Below are positions 38,550 to 52,129 of a DNA stretch of 64,000 nucleotides, in pieces. Origin of the DNA: Sarea resinae (taxonomy: Eukaryota). The translations under genes and the position numbers were made by a program. Position 1 is the stretch's first letter. Each line of letters opens with the position of its first letter. Under the pieces are notes generated by a model. It saw only the letters and a program-made list of their open reading frames with translations, did not search any database and was not told where the DNA came from. Where the stretch lies: positions 1 to 64,000 of the forward strand of contig JAPEUD010000010.1 in the NCBI GenBank assembly GCA_026026165.1, given 5' to 3'.

Positions 38550-40462
38550 CTATCTTCTGCCTAGCTTCCACCTGGCAATCCTTTCCTGGATTTCACTCCA
38601 GCCAAACTCCTGTCTTTGTACACCCTCTTCTTCCCCTTCCTGCAGTACTACCGTGGGCGCTCCACTACCCTTACCGACGTTCTGCACCAGCCCTCCTACA
38701 ACCTTCCTGGCGACTCGCCTAAGATCCTGAACGGTCAACTCGTCAATTTTGCGGCACATCTCCTTCACTCCCACTTTTCGGCCGTGAACTTGGACTTGCC
38801 GACCGAGATCCTCAAGTTCAACCATCCGAGATTCTAAATTCATCAGCAAAGAACTGCGCAGCTGGTTCTTTGCTCTGTTGACCTCGGCTATTTGTAGCGA
38901 AGAGAAGCCGGTATCAAGGGTTAGAGCATGAAGTTCGCAGCACATCACCTCCAGCATTTGGCTGACTCTTGCAGGACTGCAGCTGGAACTTATACCAAAC
39001 AGTCCAGAATCCGAGTAAGAGTGGTTGAATGCTATGCAACTTTCGACCCAGCCGTGCTGGTTCAAGACGTTGGTATAGAGGCGGGAATACATCCCTTTAC
39101 CGGGACCACCAGCGCTGAACGAGCCACCTCCGCCCAAGAGGGTCTGAAGTGTTGCCAAAGCATATATGTCCGGGGAAGAAATTGGTAGAGCTTCGAAAGC
39201 GAGATGAATATGCGAAAGACGAGGCAGGGCTGGGTTTGGAGGTGGTGGCAAGGGAGGAAGAGAAAGAAACCCCCCAGTATAATGTGAAGGGACAGATAGA
39301 TCAAGCTTTGACGCCTGTGAGATCGAGGGCTCATAAGATGAGACGGATGCGTTGTTGGAGGCCGAAGTGGTGATGTTCTTGAAGAAGGGGATCTTAGAAA
39401 GCAGCTTTGAAGACTGTCCAGGTGAAGATGGTGATGAGTATGAAGAACCTGCGGAAGGAGAAGGCGATGATGACGATGACTGCGGTGATGATATAGAGCT
39501 CGAAACCTGAGATGATTCCGAGGAACTGCCAGACAGTTCTGGTACTGGATCATTCGCGAGAGGTGGACTCACTTCTCGTCGCATATCACCGAAATATTGC
39601 TCTGTTAGCCTTACGGCGCTATCATGATCCACACCAGCAAAAGCCACTACCATCCTTTCTGGCCTGAAAAAAGCTTCACGGTATTGTTCGACCACGCCTC
39701 TGTCAATCTGGCTCAATCTCTCCTTCGGACAGAGTAAGGGGTTGCCCAGCGTATTATCCTTATAAGCAGCCATATGTACTAGCTCGGGTAGAATGAGCTC
39801 AGGCTTTGACCAGATCTCGCCTATCTCGTAGTCCGCGGTCTCTAACTGTTGCTGAACCTCGCTTTCCGTAATAAGGGGATTTCGAATGGTCTCGGCAATC
39901 AGAGAAATAGTAGAAGGCACAGAAGCATTGAACGTCGCAGACTGATACATTAGCGATTCCCGCGAGGAAGCGCACTGTATATGGCCTCCTAGTGACTCAA
40001 GTGACTCCAGCATTTCATCTGCTGTACGGTTGCTTGTAGACTATGGGCGAGATTTATCAGTGGATTTAATTCAGATAGCACCAAGTGAATGCTCACATTG
40101 AACGCCAAACGATCGATTATGTGGCTCACACCCCGAAGACTTTCATTTTCATATCTAGAGCCAGCATCTACATAGACACCTATTCCTGAGAAGTGTCCCG
40201 GAAGAGCCTCGGTTGCAACACGAACGCCGTTCGAAAGAGTGGTAACTTGATCTAACTCAGAGGGATCCTGATGGCTGTTAGGTGCATGAATTGAACGCTC
40301 GGAGCGTATGACAGAGAAGCCAACCTTTTCTGAACTTGGAACGACAGTGGCCAGTTTTCTCGAGGAGCAGTGATGCGTAAGGGCTGTTGCCGGCTTTATC
40401 ACGGGTCGAGACAAATGAGTGAGAGCCCTCGAGGCTGAGGACGAGAGCTTGTTCTTGCTCAT
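38550..40462 (-). CDS. MAS2: Mitochondrial processing peptidase alpha subunit (M16), 3 exons
   Basis: QVTTLSNGVRVATE, GSRYE, SHIIDRLAF and glycine loop GGGGSFSAGGPGKGMYSRLY. Exons ~40462-40325, 40267-40097, 40040-38550 with GT-AG introns; presequence-like N-terminus. Confidence 0.96.
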
Positions 40463-41414
40463 GTTTGCAAGAAGCCGCTTGAAAAGCAATCAATGTGTCG
40501 AGATATGGAGCCTCTGTTCCACATATGTTCCTCGACTGAGAAATCGATAGTGCAGGGGTTGGAGATAGGTATGGTTGGTTAGGTGAGATGGCCACCGATA
40601 AAATGTCGAGGAAGGTAGGTAGGTAGATAACTGAACGGGAAAAGTGATGCAGCAATGATTATTGATGGAAGCTGGAGCCGATGATGAAGCACTACAGCAA
40701 TCCATTGCTACCAACTATGTATGTACCTATCAAGATGATGAATCGCAGCCCGCTGGATATGTACTCTACTTAAAGATCATTTGTGAGTACCTCTCGGTAC
40801 CCAGAAGTACCTCTATTTCAGGGTCCCAATTGTCGCTGTGCAAAGTATCTCCTGGTTATGCATTCGTATTGCATGAGAGCAAGGCCGACCCAGTGGGTAG
40901 TGGTCAGACGAGGCGTCAACCACAGCCTCCTAGCCTGGGCCCCTCGTGCAGGCTGGTCCTGGCTTCATGAGAAGTGACGATCACAGGGCGAAATATATAT
41001 CGCCCGTGTCTCAATGATAATACTTTGTTTTTGACTACCTTACCTTGCCTTGCATTCGCTCTTCATTCTCCATCCTACTCCGTCTCCCAGAAATCAGACT
41101 CATATAGCTTCATTATTTCGAGCGTCTCGGGCGCTCTCTTGATATCCTTCTTTCTAGTACTCATCACCTTACCGCACATGCCTCTCTCTGCACCTGCACC
41201 ATACTCCGCCTTCTTCAGCGAGCGTGAGACGCAGAAGCTTGCCTTTTGTCCTCGAGATAACATCTCAACCCATTTCATTCTAAGGGTCCCCTGGCAACCT
41301 CGATAACGGGCTTGTGATTAAAGCAATCTCTGTGCTCGGCCGCACCTTCCCCCCGAACGCTTATTACGAACCTGCACCTGCTATCTGTGTGGTGCGAGGT
41401 GTTATTGCCCGCAA

Positions 41415-43523
41415 ATGTTCCCCCAGCCTATTCCATCCCAGTCAACACTCTCAACTACGACATCCTCCGCTTCACCGTCTTCCCCTTCTCGACCGGGTAG
41501 ACTGAGAGGACTGAGCTATCTGCGGAACTATACCCATAATCACATCCATCTGCATTCTCATCACCATCATTCTCAGTCCGCACATTGTCCTGCGACATTC
41601 AACAGCCATCGGTCTCAATCGCCCTCGCGGGCTACACACCTGCATCAGTCATCCTCGAATATCCCCGCTCGTCGTCGACGAGCATCAACAACACATCGAG
41701 AACCAACCTCGGACAACCGGTCAGGTGCGGAAAACGGAAGCCCGAATTCCACCAGTGGGTGGCCGCCAGCTGTAGGCCGCAGAAGTGAGCCTTATCGAGC
41801 CGTGACTCAACCGTTGTCTCCTCCGACGGCCACTCCTTTGGCAGAGTTGATAGGAATTTCCACCTCTGCATCCGCATCGACTAATTCTGACCCGATATCA
41901 GCCATGAGCAGGAATATTTCTGGAAGAGCCTCACGAGCAGATGGCAGCATGACAAGCGCTCCGGATCCGTCGAGTAATACCACCAGTACAGCCGATCTTG
42001 CCAGAGCAGATGAGCTAGCCACAGGTGCTGTTGCTGGCGCCCAAAGTACTCATCTAGACCCAGCCAGCCTCGACAGCCAGCGGCATAGTACGGGATCCCC
42101 ACAAACACAACTCCCTTCAATCCGATTTGTACCACACCCCGATCCGCGCACCAATAGGCTTTCTTTAAGTTTCGCACCTGTGTCTCGGACTCTCCCAAAG
42201 GTGAATTCAGTGATAAAAGTTGGCCGCTATTCTGAGAGAGACAACATTCCCAATACTGCCCCTAATGTGCCATCGGACGCACCTATTGGATTCAAGTCAA
42301 AAGTAGTTAGTCGAAAGCATTGCGAGTTCTGGTGTACTAATGGTCAATGGTATATAAAAGATGTCCGGAGTTCCTCCGGCACGTTCCTGAATCACATTCG
42401 CCTGAGCCAACCCAATCTGGAGTCAAGGCCATTTCCTGTCAATGATGGTGATGTGGTTCAGCTAGGCATCGATTTCAGAGGAGGAGAGGAGATGATTTTC
42501 CGGTGTGTTAAGATAAGGGTCGAGTGTAATAGGGGATGGCAGAAGAGTTTGAATAATTTTAAGTATGTGTCCAAGAAAGTTATAGATACAATCATGGGCT
42601 TGCTAATGATCCCCCAACCAGTATGTCCACCCACAAGCGCTTGCGAAAACTTGCCAAGAGTGCGCCTAAAAACGACGGGGACAATGCTTCGACCCATTCG
42701 TCTGAATGTTCCATCTGCTTGATGTCTATAGCGGTATGCTACCACTCCCATCTGGCTGTTGTTCTATTCTAACATTATCTAGCCCTGCCAGTCATTGTTT
42801 GTCGCTCCATGCTCACACGTCTGGCACTACAAATGCATTCGCCCGATCCTGACAGGATCCAATTGGCCTCAATTCCTGTGCCCAAATTGTCGAGCTGTTG
42901 CAGACCTGGAGGCCGACATCGATGACCCTGACGCTTATGAAGAATGGACCGAATTTGAAAGGTCTGAAGTTGCTCATGAAGGTGATGGAAATACTTCAAT
43001 CTTCGAACAGCATGCTTCTCCTGATGGAGAAATTCACCAGGAGGACAGCGCCGATATCTCTCCTGCCTCATTCAGCGAAATTTCTGCACATGGTGTTATA
43101 GACGAAGCACTCTCAACTATGGTGGGTAACGTCTCTCTGGCAGATATGCCTGGCTCAAGGGGAGCGCGTCAAAGTACGGAGAGGTCCGCGACTCCGCACA
43201 ATGCGACTGCTCAGCAAATGGATCCTTCACAATCTAGGAGTACCACAGATAATATCGAAACCTCGTCCACCTCTCATCCAATTGATATCGGTCGGCCATC
43301 ATCATCGCGGAGACCAAGTCGTTCACCTCGGGCAGTTGAGGAGGGCGGATCTGCAATGATACCTGTCTCGCCTCAGCAATTGGCATCGGCGACAGACACG
43401 TTGGGTGAGGGTCCCTTGACACCCCGAAATGACGCCGGACCTTTCGTCCTAGACGGTAGCGCTGGACGAGCGCCGGGAAGAATGGTCCTTTCGGACCTCG
43501 GGGAAGCCCCCAGGGAAGGCTAG
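41415..43523 (+). CDS. DMA1: FHA + RING E3 ubiquitin ligase (Dma1/Dma2/CHFR-like), 3 exons
   Basis: FHA motifs KVGR...SKVVSRKH...SSSGTFLN; RING ECSICL...CSHVWHYKC...CPNCR. Introns 42563-42621 and 42734-42782. Confidence 0.93.
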
Positions 43524-44214
43524 GGGTATTCTAGCAAAGAACCAGATCATCCGTGTATGAACTGGTACCTCACAGTTTTACATGTTCAGGGCACATACAC
43601 CTTTTCAAGCAAGAGTCTTATCAGACTTAGCAAAGCATTTTGGAGTTTTGGAGGTTTCATTGAGCATACTGGTCCCGTGGCAGTACTACGCTAAAGGCGA
43701 ATTAATTTTCCCAAGTCAGCCTTCTTTATTGGGTGGCCTGTTGTGTTTTATGATCAGTCTAGGGTGATTTGAGCTGGAAGGAGTCTGGCGACCGTTTCGG
43801 GACTTGTTCCTACCAGTCTCCTGCCAGCGTGTTGATGATTGTGCGCCGTCAGGTGCACCCACTGTCGTTATAATTATTACTATGTACGAGATGGGAGCAG
43901 AGGGGGACTGTGAAGGTCTTGTAATCGTAGAGTCATCAGTATCGTACAATAAATCATTTCCAGTCGTTCCGTCTATTGACGCCTATGCAAACTTGATCAT
44001 CGACCGCGTCCACTCTTCGAGAAGTAAGCATTACAGAGTATACTCTACTCCTAGTAGGAAGTACCCTTAGGTTCTTAATACTTCGTAGATCACTCGCTGG
44101 GCCCTTCTGATTTTTGGGTACTTCGTATCCTAGGTTCACTGTGTACGGAATCTGGACGAAGTGTCTATACATACCTTCTTATACATACCTAACAGAGTAG
44201 AGTAAGGTAGGTAG

Positions 44215-44560
44215 ACTACTAATTTTAGTTAAGTTATTGTAAGGTATGCAGTAAATAGGCAAACCAGTTCCTACGTGCGCTATAAAGTCTAATAACCCGG
44301 CTCGTGCGGGCTATATAAGCCTATTTGCCTACTATATGGCAGCGCGCCTCACAGATAATATAACAGGTTTAGCACTTTAGTTAATGCTTTTATAACTTGA
44401 TAATACTACAACTTTCTAAATCGCTCTGTAGATTCTACAGATATAATTTTAGATGCCAAGGGGCTTTTTAATCTAGGGTTTGAGTTCATATAGATATGTG
44501 TTGTAGATAAAAGAGCAGCTTAAAGTTAGCAACCCTACTACCTTATGTAAATCTTCACCA
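44215..44560. mobile_element. Small AT-rich TE relic in intergenic space, possibly including a 116-bp solo LTR (44,238-44,353)
   Basis: Local TpA-rich composition; TGTAAGG...CCTCACA termini with internal TATATAA; TSD not convincing. Confidence 0.4.
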
Positions 44561-44871
44561 AAAATTGGGTGGGGGTGGGGTGGCCGTCACTAAGACGCGG
44601 AACCTTTGTATCTCATGCCCCACGGACCCTTAGACCCTGAAAGCTTTCGCGTGGGGTCTCCACCGTTGAACTACTCGAGTACTACTCCATACGCAGTAGC
44701 CTACTACATACTTTCCAGGTTATGTGGTCAGACACTACGTACTTCGTATTTCGTACCTACCTATCTATCCCCTGATTGTAGGGTGACTAGGATTATGGAA
44801 TGGGCACCTAGACCGCACTTCTAGTTGACCAGCGCTCCGCCGGAGGACTGTAAGCACGTCGTATCGACAGA

Positions 44872-46212
44872 ATGGCTAGCACCGGAGTCAATGGTAGACA
44901 TCGTCGTCGGAGGACGTATCCCCTAGCCAATGCCTCTCGAAGTAAGCCCCGAAGGTAAGCATTCAAAGTGCCAGGCCAGAAGAAATTGCTGCTGAGTTGA
45001 GTTCCTAGATGGCCACTCGTCCTGAGATTCGTGAAGGGTGCAATTCATGGCGGTAGGCAATTTTCATCTATCTCATTGTCTCGAGATCCGAACTGATTGA
45101 TTGAACGAGCTTGATCAGCTATTCTCCTACCCGTTACTGTGCATGCTCTTTTCACGGCCTTGGTAGTATCTCTGGATAGACATCTGGAGGGAAATATAGG
45201 CTTGCCCAGCAGCATCGTAAGTCCACTATGTGGCTTATGAGGGCTATCTCGAATACCCACTGACCAGTCAACAGATACCTAGTCTCTCGATTGTAGTTGG
45301 CCTTATGCTGGTACAAGTCTACGCCCTCTTGAGTATTACTCGTGAAACAACAGGGAATCCTGACTCGTCGACCAGGTGTTTCGCAATCAGACCTCCTACA
45401 CTAGATTCTGGGATGGGCGTAATTATCTTACCCAGATAAGCACATCTGTGCGCAACTTGACTCGAGCGTTCCTCTGCTGTTCCTTCAAGGCCAGCGGGGA
45501 AATTTTACCCAACGATCGCGCAGCTACTGAGCGCGTGGTCCGCATCTTGATCGCCATACTTTATGCTACCAAGAACCACCTGCGCGCTGAGTGGGGCGCG
45601 CTATTAATTCCAGGAACGTCAATTGATCCCGACACGGGGTTCGCAACGTTCAAGCACGAGTACAGTGACCTACTCCCTGTTGACTTACATGACCTGGGAG
45701 AGGAAGGCGTAGGGTTGCCGTTTGAATTGACTTTCTATGTCGAGCAGTACATCAAGATGGCTCATGATAGGGGATGGTTCCATGCGCCTCAGGCGAGCCA
45801 GATGCAGGTCCAGCTCAATACACTGACAGATGCTTTTGGAAGAATGGAAACCATTAGATTGACTCCAATCCCTGTGGCTCACCTGTGTGTCCAGCAAATC
45901 TAAAGTTCGGAGTTGAGGTTGCTGATTCACTGCCACAGGATACATCAAAAGCAGGTTCTGGCACTTTTCTGTTGCGTTCTGCCTTTTGCCATGGTTGACG
46001 AAATGGGCTGGCTGGCCGTTCCGATTGTCACCTTGGTATCGTTTACGTTATATGGCATCGAAGGCATTGGTGTCCAATTGGAGGATCCTTTTGGCTACGA
46101 CAGGAATGACATCAAGATGGATGCTATAGTAGAAGACTCGCGCCTTGAGCTTATGGCAATGCTCCAAGAATGGAAGTCGGGAAGCAACATGTTTCTAAAT
46201 TGCATAGTCTGA
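44872..46212 (+). CDS. Bestrophin / UPF0187 (RFP-TM) anion channel family protein, multi-exon
   Basis: VFRNQTSYTRFWDGR, ETIRLTPIPVAH, LYGIEGIGVQLEDPFGYDRNDI; several GT-AG introns; ATG at 44,872. Confidence 0.9.
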
Positions 46213-46986
46213 AGTTCTCTAGATTGTGTAGGACATACAATGTGTTTGTCATGGCTCCCTAGCAATTATGCGAAAGCACTAAGTTGGAGGGACTAAAACT
46301 AGTCAACAATACTGACTTGACGTATCAGGGTATTCGAGCAGGACGCGTGGCTTTGCATGTGAGTGTTTAGTCCATACTGACTATCAAGTCGGCTTGACTA
46401 TTATGGCCTCCACGAAGGGATGCCCGGCCTTCAGATCTGCACCTTCCCTGCTTTCCACAGGTGTCTAATGCGACCCTCCTGCTGCTGCTCTGAGTAGGTT
46501 GTTGACCTCACTTTGGGTTCTTTGGCTAGGAAGTCCCAATCTCCGATATCAGAAGGATCATTGTTGCCTTGGCTGGCTGGGCGACTGGCCCCGTAATACT
46601 GCTTGTATATTGGCTATGACGAGGGCACAGTACGATTCAAAGTCCTCGGGTATTGAAATGCGAAACAGTCTGACGAACGAGGATATACAAGCTCCAGCTA
46701 TTGCCACACTGACGGACTTCCAACGGATAATGTCCTCTTATAAATTCAGGCGTCAAAAGGCGCTGATGACTTTCGAATCCATATCATCCAATTCCGACAC
46801 TAAACATGCTGAGACTGCTGTCCTTAGACTTTTTTCTAAAGATACTCGATGCTCCTAAGAGGTAGAGCAAAGGTCCAACACGCTCTGCACATATCATAGA
46901 CGTACAGAGCACATCGCCGAGTGCTGATCAACTGTTTTCTGCTAGTCTTGTAGCCTTCAAACTTCGATAAAAAATGGCGTATAGCC

Positions 46987-48644
46987 TTAGAGCGGAGCCT
47001 CCACCATTGTGATAACTTCTTCAATAATGCCCTCTGGACTAACCCCTTCCAGAATAGTAGAAACAGCTGCACAGTCACTACCCCACTGCATACTCCGTTC
47101 ATTTTCGGGAGACACAATAGCTATTCTGTGAGGATACAGTTTCCTGGCTGCCAAGAGAACAAGAGATGGTGTCACGAATTCGAAAGAGTGCAGTGCGGCA
47201 AGACATCTGGAGTTGGGGTATTAGCAATTGTGGGGTGAATAGCAGGCAAGAGTTGCTTGACTTTACGAGAAGTTCAAAGTGCTTAGTAGCAAGCGCAGAT
47301 ACCCCAGAAGCAATTGCACGATGAAGCCTCAAGAACGTGACTACGTTTTGCATATAGCGCCTGACATCCTCACTGATAGTGACTTGCTGGCTCAGAGACA
47401 CGAGTTTGTCAACTTCCTTGATATTTGTCAGCACCGACACAACCTATGGCCTGAAATTGTATGCTTACAGTTTCGGGAAAAATGGGCTGTCGATTTAGCA
47501 TTCGTGCTGGGATCCGCACTGTTCCACGAAGGATAGATGAAGAATCCCCATCGTCAAATGGAATGTCGGTCCTTTGATCTAGATTGAGTAGTTCCTCTTT
47601 TGGAGAGTGATAATGTGAGATGAAGAGCTGGTTATTCTGCTACAGGTTAGGAAGCTGAGAGCGAGGCAAATTCATAAGCTGTTCTTACCAAATGTGACAC
47701 TAGAAGAGGGCCGTTGGCCGTTGAGGGTAAGAGAGCAACGAAAAGAAAGCGTTTGGGAGCGATTCGGACTGATGTACGAGTGAAAATCCTTTTGCCTCGG
47801 AGAAGCTTTATTATTTCGCTGTCAGCCGGATGACCAAGGCTCGGGGTCCTAGCATTTACCTCTAGAGTCTGAATCTGGATATGAGGATCCGTAAGATTTA
47901 GATGCTTAGCAATGACGATATTGGCAATCGAGCGACCATCCGTGAAGTTGTCTGTACGGGGTGGCCAAAGCATCTGTCGGGAAAAGGAACGACTATTCCG
48001 GGATTGAAAATAAGAGCTCTAGAACGTGAGGATGACCATTAGATTATTTTACGTTTCTTCGCAATCGTAGCTTTCAACAAAAGGCAGAATATGACAGCAT
48101 GTTCTGAAGAAGGCCAATTCTAAAAGCAAGATAGAGCTTGGAATTACCACCGCACTTCTCTAACGTACATGCGCCGTAAATATGAGAAGAGTGTCTGTCT
48201 ATACTCTTTGCAGAGCAACGGAAAGGGAAACTTATGATCTCTGAGATCAGAAACAGACAGAATTGGTCATCGAATAAATCAGATGACAACATAAAAATGA
48301 GGGATCGGTGACTGACCTCATTGATGAAAGGGGAGGATGAGGGTGTGGGCAGATCGCCCGTCAATTGTTCTTCGATGAGAATGCCATTACCGAAATCGTC
48401 CAAGCTGGTTGTTTTGGAACAATCCAGCACAGCGCAAGACAGTCCGAAGACATTGGAAGCGATCTATCCGTCGCAGTTAATACGAGGTCTCAGCTGCCAT
48501 TCAAGGGGATTGGCGGACCAGTCGAAGTTCTTGCTCAACTTCATCAAGCCAGTCCTCTTGAGTCTGGATGATGCAATGCTGACCGGCAATCAGACAAAGC
48601 AAAGCCGCCAATTCCAGGTCGCTCAAGTCCTGTACGTTGTCCAT
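46987..48644 (-). CDS. MTC2-like / magnesium-chelatase-like AAA-lid protein, multi-exon
   Basis: MDNVQDLSDLELAALLCLIAGQHCII start; IANIVIAKHL..., KRIFTRTSV..APKRFLF, YMQNVVTFLRLHRA, LAARKLYPHRI, ending EAPL*. Confidence 0.72.
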
Positions 48645-49156
48645 GATGACCTCATGTCTGTCGGTACCGGGATTCTAATTACAATCATAGAGTTATACCT
48701 GCCAGGGAAGTTTCACGATCCATATTTGTTGAGAATGAGGTGTAAATGGATGCCCAGGGCAAGTAAGTATGAATCCAATGCCAAGGAAGGTACGGTAAGG
48801 CAGCCTATTGAGAGAGGAGGTCAGGTGGAAGATGGAAGGTATCTGCGAGTATGAGCAGTTAAATTGTACCTTAGACTTCAATTTGCTCCTGCCGCAGAGC
48901 GAGAGCAAAGGTACCGATACCTATTTACCTTACCATCGGTATCGATGGGAAGCTTCGCCGAACGGACAGTATACTCCGTAGATCCATCCCTCCTCACATA
49001 CTCCAGACTGCGCAGTATTGGCATTCAATACAAATCAACATCGACTCACCTTATCTACCTTACGCTGCCTCCGTCTTCGCCTACCCAAGATCGTGTCCTG
49101 ATACCATGGTATGCTCTTCAAGCTGAATAGCCTCGGTGTCGTTAGACTCGACACTC

Positions 49157-51974
49157 ATGGCCAACCCTACAGCCGAATGGGATCGAGTGGGCGATCGCTT
49201 CTATCGCAAAGTGCAGCTTTATACAGCAATTTTTGATGATGACCTCGATCTGGATGATTACTCTGTGATCGGAGCTCCATATGCTGGCGCTTTAGGTAAA
49301 TAAACATGGGACTTCTCGGGGGCAGAACGATGCTCATGAATGATAGCTCTCCACCGAGATGAGGGAAAGCTGCATGCATACCGCGGCACACAGGCGGATA
49401 AATCGAGTATCGACATCTACAGTTGTGCCGGCAGACTCATAAGGCGAATAAATGTGCGTCGAGCGATGATCCGTTCGGTATCTTGCGGCCGAGGGAACGT
49501 GTGCTGACGATTCTAGTGGGACAAAAGACCTATCCGGGGCTTAGGATGGTCGGAGGATGAGAAGCTTCTCGTTGTGACAGAGGATGGCATTGTCCGATGC
49601 TACTATGATCTGCAGGGAGACTTCACGCAGTTTTCTCTGGGCAATGTAAGCAGCAGCAACATCGTCTTTTCATTCCACATGGGACACTCGCGCTGAAAGA
49701 ACTCTAGGGAGCTGAAGAAGTGGGTGTGCAGGCTTGCAGATTCTGGTCTATGGGCTTTGTTGCTTTGCTTTCTAATAACCATCTCGTATCTGTTTCGGGG
49801 TACGAGGAACCCCGCCCAAAATTGCTCGCCACACCCCCTGAAGGCACTGTCCATTCATGGGCCCTGATACCTCCTGCGTACACCCTTTCGCGCTCCGTCG
49901 AGGTGCTGCTCGCCATTGATAAAACAATCCACGTGGTAGATGCCACTGATGCGGAAGATCGAATGCTGGATAATGGGCCTTTTCACCATGTTGTGGCCTC
50001 ACCAAATGGGAAGTTCGTCACACTCTACACAGAAGATGGGAAGGTGTGGGTGATCAGTAGCGATTTCCAGAATAAGTTGAGTGAGTATCAATCGAGGGCT
50101 AAAACGATGCCCAAGGATGTTCAATGGTGCGGAAACAATTCTGTAATATTAGGATGGGAAGATGAAATTCATATGGTAGGCCCGAATGGCGCAGTGTCAA
50201 AGTATGCTTCAGCACTATCTTTCTGTACCTTGGATGCTGACTAGTGTACAGGTACTTCTATGACGGGCGCGTCCATATGATTGCGGACCTCGATGGAGTT
50301 CGACTCCTGACAAATGACGTTTGTGAATTCCTCCAGAAAGTGCCTGGTATGTGCGGTTCTATATCACTTGTATTGTCTTAGCTGAGCAGTACTTTCCCCC
50401 GTAGATGCGACAGAGGAGGTCTTCAGGTTCGGCTCAATATCGCCAGCATCAGTACTCCTAGACGCAGTGGAACAACTTGAAAGGAAATCCCCGAAAGCAG
50501 ACGATAATATTCAATTGATTCGGCCCAATCTCGCCGAAGCCGTCGACACATGCGTTAAAGCGGCTGGTCATGAATTTAGCATCCATTGGCAAAAACAGCT
50601 TCTCAAAGCCGCTTCATTTGGGAAGTCGGTCCTGGACTTGTATAACAGCGATGATTTCGTTGATATGTGTGAAACCCTGCGGGTGATCAATGCGGTCCGA
50701 TTTTTTGAAACAGGCCTGCCGATCTCTTATGAACAATATATTCGACTCACTCCAGAAAAACTGGTCCAGCGTCTAGTCAATCGAAGGGAGTATCTGTTGG
50801 CTTTACGTGTCTCAGATTATTTGGATCTGCCGACCGACAGGATCTATGTCCATTGGGCGAGCCAGAAAGTACGGGTCTCCTCAGAGGACGAGGAAAGCAT
50901 TTGCCAGCTTATAGTTGACAAATTGAATGGCAAGCACGGGATCTCTTTCGAAGAGATTGCTCGAGCAGCATACGACGAAGGTCGGGGCAGGCTTGCTACA
51001 GAACTCTTGAATTATGAGCCTAGAGCGGGTAAACAGGTCCCTCTTCTTCTGAGTATGGAAGAGGATGAGATCGCTCTGGATAAAGCTATTGAAAGCGGTG
51101 ATACGGATATGGTACTGTTCGTTTTATTGCACCTGAAGAAGAAATTGCCGCTAGCAAGCTTTTTTCGCGTCATCAATAATCGCCCGGTGGCTACGGCTCT
51201 CGTCGAGTCTTCAGCCAGTGGGCAGGACCCCGAATTATTGAAAGACCTTTATTACCAGGACGATCGTCGCCTGGATGGCTCTAATCTACTCATCTCTGAG
51301 GCCCTTAAAGAGAAGGAAATTGCGTCACGGATCGACAAGCTTAAGCTCTCACAAAAATTGCTTCAGGAGTCAAAAGAAAACACATTTCACGCTAGAGCCC
51401 TTGATGAAGCCCAAAGACTGCTGAAAATGCAAGAAGCTTTTGACAAAGATGTCGAAGGCGGATTTGCAGGATTGCCCATCAATGAGACTATATTTAAGCT
51501 CACCAAGCTGGGCTATGGCAAGAGAGCTCAGAAAGTTCAGTCGGAATTTAAGGTACCCGAGAAGACGCACTGGTGGCTACGATTGCGAGCCTTGGTTGCA
51601 AAGAGAGATTGGGGCGAGCTCGAGGATGTCTCGAAAAATAGGAAGTCGCCAATAGGATGGGAGGTAAGTCTGCTTTCAAGGTGAATAACATCTACTTCGG
51701 TTGCTGACATCGCTTGAAAACTCAGCCGTTCTACAACGAGATTCTAGGTGCAGGAAACACAAAACTTGCTTCACAATTTATACCCAAATGTACCAGTCTT
51801 CCAGCAACAGATCGTATCGAAATGTGGATGAAGTGTGGGATGCCCGTCAAAGCGGGTGAAGAGGCATTGCGAGCCAAAGATCTCAACAGCTTGGAGGTCC
51901 TCAAAACCAAAGCTTCGGGCAGTGCAGTGCACGATATTGATCGGATGATCAAGCAATTGAGACCTTCAAGGTGA
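49157..51974 (+). CDS. VPS16: Vacuolar protein sorting 16 (HOPS/CORVET subunit), multi-exon
   Basis: MANPTAEWDRVGDRFYRK start; SPKADDNIQLI, QKQLLKAASFGKS, EPRAGKQVPLLL, KSPIGWE|PF. Confidence 0.96.
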
Positions 51975-52129
51975 TCATCTTTGTATCATAAAGCCATTTC
52001 TACAAAACATTGAAAATGACGCCCGTCGCCATAATTGGTTGTCCTTGAAGCCTCCACGGAAATTATTGCGTCGTTACCATAAGACGCCACGGCTTGACTG
52101 ATAGGAAAAGAAATTCGTTCTCAATAGGT

